A stretch of 64,000 nucleotides of DNA from Selaginella moellendorffii (taxonomy: Eukaryota; Plantae; Lycopodiophyta), in the NCBI RefSeq assembly GCF_000143415.4, contig NW_003314321.1, forward strand, positions 124,001 to 188,000, in the 5' to 3' direction. Shown here piece by piece: positions 61,855 through 64,000 of the stretch. A model generated the notes under the pieces. It was not told the origin of the DNA. It searched no databases and saw only the letters and a program-made list of their open reading frames with translations. The position numbers and the translations under genes are program-made. Each line of letters starts with the position of its first letter. Within the stretch, counting starts at the first letter, position 1.

Positions 61855-64000
61855 GAGGTATTTAGGCATTATCTTCATGAGTTTGTGGAGATTTTTTTGG
61901 ACAATTTTTAGTAAGAATATGGAAGAGCATAAGGTGCATTTGCACAAGGTTCTTTTGTTACTCCGAAACAACAAACTTTATGCAAAGAAGAGCAAATGTG
62001 AGTTTGCAAAGTCGGAGGTGGAATATCTAGGCCATATTGTGACATCTAAAGGTGTCAGGACAGATCCAAGGAAGGTGGCTGTGGTGGAAAACTAACCTAC
62101 ACCAACTACAGTAGCTGAGTTGCGTAGTTTTCTTGGTATAGTTAGTTATTATCGATGTTTCCAGCATAAGTTTACAGAGGTGGCTATTCTTTTGACGCGG
62201 TTGTTACGCAAGAATGTGCCATTCGATGGAAGAACCCACAAGAGGAGAGTTTTGTGGTGTTGAAATGATTGTTGAGCAAGACTCCAGTGCTTCATATTGC
62301 TAATCCATCGAAACCTTACGAGATGATATGCGATGTGAGTGGTTATGCACTGGGAGGAGTTTTCATGCAAGAGGGACAACCTATTTCATATGAGAGTCAA
62401 ACTTTGAATTTCGCGGAGCAATGTTATTCCACATATGAATAAGAGTTACTCTCTATTATTCATGCTTTGCGGACGTGGTGGCACTATCTTTATGGTGCAG
62501 TGTTCGTGGTGTTGACAGATCACAAACCACTTGTGTATCTTTTCACACAGAAGGAGTTGAACACTAGGCAAGCTTGTTAGATGGTCAAACTCATGAAGTT
62601 TGGGGAGTTCCTATTGAGCATCGTCCGGGAAAATCAAATGTGGTGGCAAATGCTTTATCTCATGTTTGTCATGTGACAACGTTATAAACACGATTTTGTC
62701 ATCATTTGAGTAAGGTGGTCAGCAAGTTTGGGCAGTTGGTTGAGCATGCTCAAGCTTAGGATGCTGAAGTGGCTTCTTTGCGAGACTAGATGGAAGCCCC
62801 TTTCTCATTAGTGGATGGGATTCTCTACTATAATGACCGTGTATATTTGCCACGGGTGGATGCATTAATTACTCAAATTTTATTCCACTATCATGATCGT
62901 CCAGAGGCCAGTCATTTTAGGGGGAAGAAGTCGTATAACTTGAATAAGTGCAATTTTTATTGGCGGAATATGAAGGCTGATATCCTTAAATATTGTAAAT
63001 AAGTGCCATGAGAGAAACCAGGGGGACTTTTGCAACCCTTACCTATTCCTCAGAGCCATTGGTGTAGTATCTCTATAGATTTCATCACTTGTTTGCCACA
63101 AACATAAAGGCAAAAGGAGCAAATATGGGTTATAGTGGATTGGTTGATGAAGTATGTGTGGTTGTTGGCTCTTTGGAAGACTGTCACTGCCTCAGACTTA
63201 GCTGCAGTTTACTTGGAGAAGGTTTTTCTTGATTTTGGTTTACCAGAGGACATCATTAGTGATCGAGATTCAAAGTTCACCAGTGCATTTTGGAAAAATT
63301 TTGCAAAGGCTATGCAAGTGACTTTGAAACTCTCGAGTGGAAATCATCTTCAGATAGATGGGCAAACTAAGCGTGTGAATCAAGTGGTGGAGGATATGCT
63401 ACATTGTAGCATTGGTCAAAGGCAAGGACAGTGGGATCTATATTTTCCATTGGTGCAATTTGTTTATAACAATAGCCAACACAGTAGAACCAAACTAAAT
63501 CCTTACTTTGCCATGTTTGGAAGGCATCCCTGAACAGTGGTGGAGTTGGGATTGCATTTGAGTAAGGACGTTCAAGATAAGCTTGATTCCAAAGTGATTG
63601 ATCTGCCCACAGAACTTGATGAGATTCTGGTGGTGTGCAAACGGATTTTGCAAGCAGCTCAGGATAGAGTAGAGAAGTATGCCAATAAGCATTGCCAATT
63701 TCGGGAATATAAAGTGGGTGATCTCGTTTTTGTGCAAGTGATCTTTCCGTTAAGTGAGCGGCAGAACACCTTGGTGCCTTTACAGACAGGGAAGAGTGAT
63801 AAACTTTCCCATTGATATGCTAGTCCATATGAAGTGCTGGAGCACATTGGTAAAGTGGCTTATCGGGTGTGGCTACCAGCTTGAGTGAAAATTCATCTGG
63901 TATTTTATGTCAGCCAGTTGAAAGGTGTATTATCTTGGAGTGATGGGTCCAATGCCTCCTTAATGTATATGGCTATGGAAGATGGACTAGGAGCTTGAGC
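61855..64000 (+). mobile_element. Decayed Ty3/gypsy RT-RNaseH-integrase (same family as 54256-55488)
   Basis: KKSKCEF...[25 protein letters not shown] and an integrase collinear with 54256-55488. Many stops. Confidence 0.93.

Overview
Eukaryotic plant nuclear DNA, most likely a lycophyte such as Selaginella. This is inferred from 38-55 bp introns, a PLS-type PPR gene, a flagellar CCDC113-like gene and a Hint-domain gene. The window has three zones. (1) 1-23.8 kb: two large, decayed DNA transposons with unrelated transposases, one Sola/DUF7869-like and one MULE-like with a SWIM finger. Each carries a divergently transcribed accessory gene whose product combines a ParB/Srx-like domain with a C-terminal N4C/N6A DNA-methyltransferase-like segment. 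The first element also holds about 23 copies of a 22-bp palindrome (ATGGCRTGWGGCCWCAYGCCAT), four of them filling tiny introns of the ParB-like gene. This resembles a ParB/parS-type, element-specific chromatin system and is the main candidate for an undescribed system. (2) 24-46 kb: a 2-ODD gene, pseudogenes and tRNA-Phe, then a compact GC-rich gene island (PPR, FAD2, hevein-like membrane protein, tRNA-Ser, CCDC113, TTL, FAS1-amidase, VWA/Cache alpha2-delta-like). (3) 46-64 kb: an AT-rich zone with a foldback element, a Hint pseudogene, Ty3/gypsy relics, a TSD-bounded TRIM-like composite with a tandem array, a chimeric B-lectin gene and a 25S rDNA fragment. All domain calls come from recognising motifs by eye; no database searches were run.
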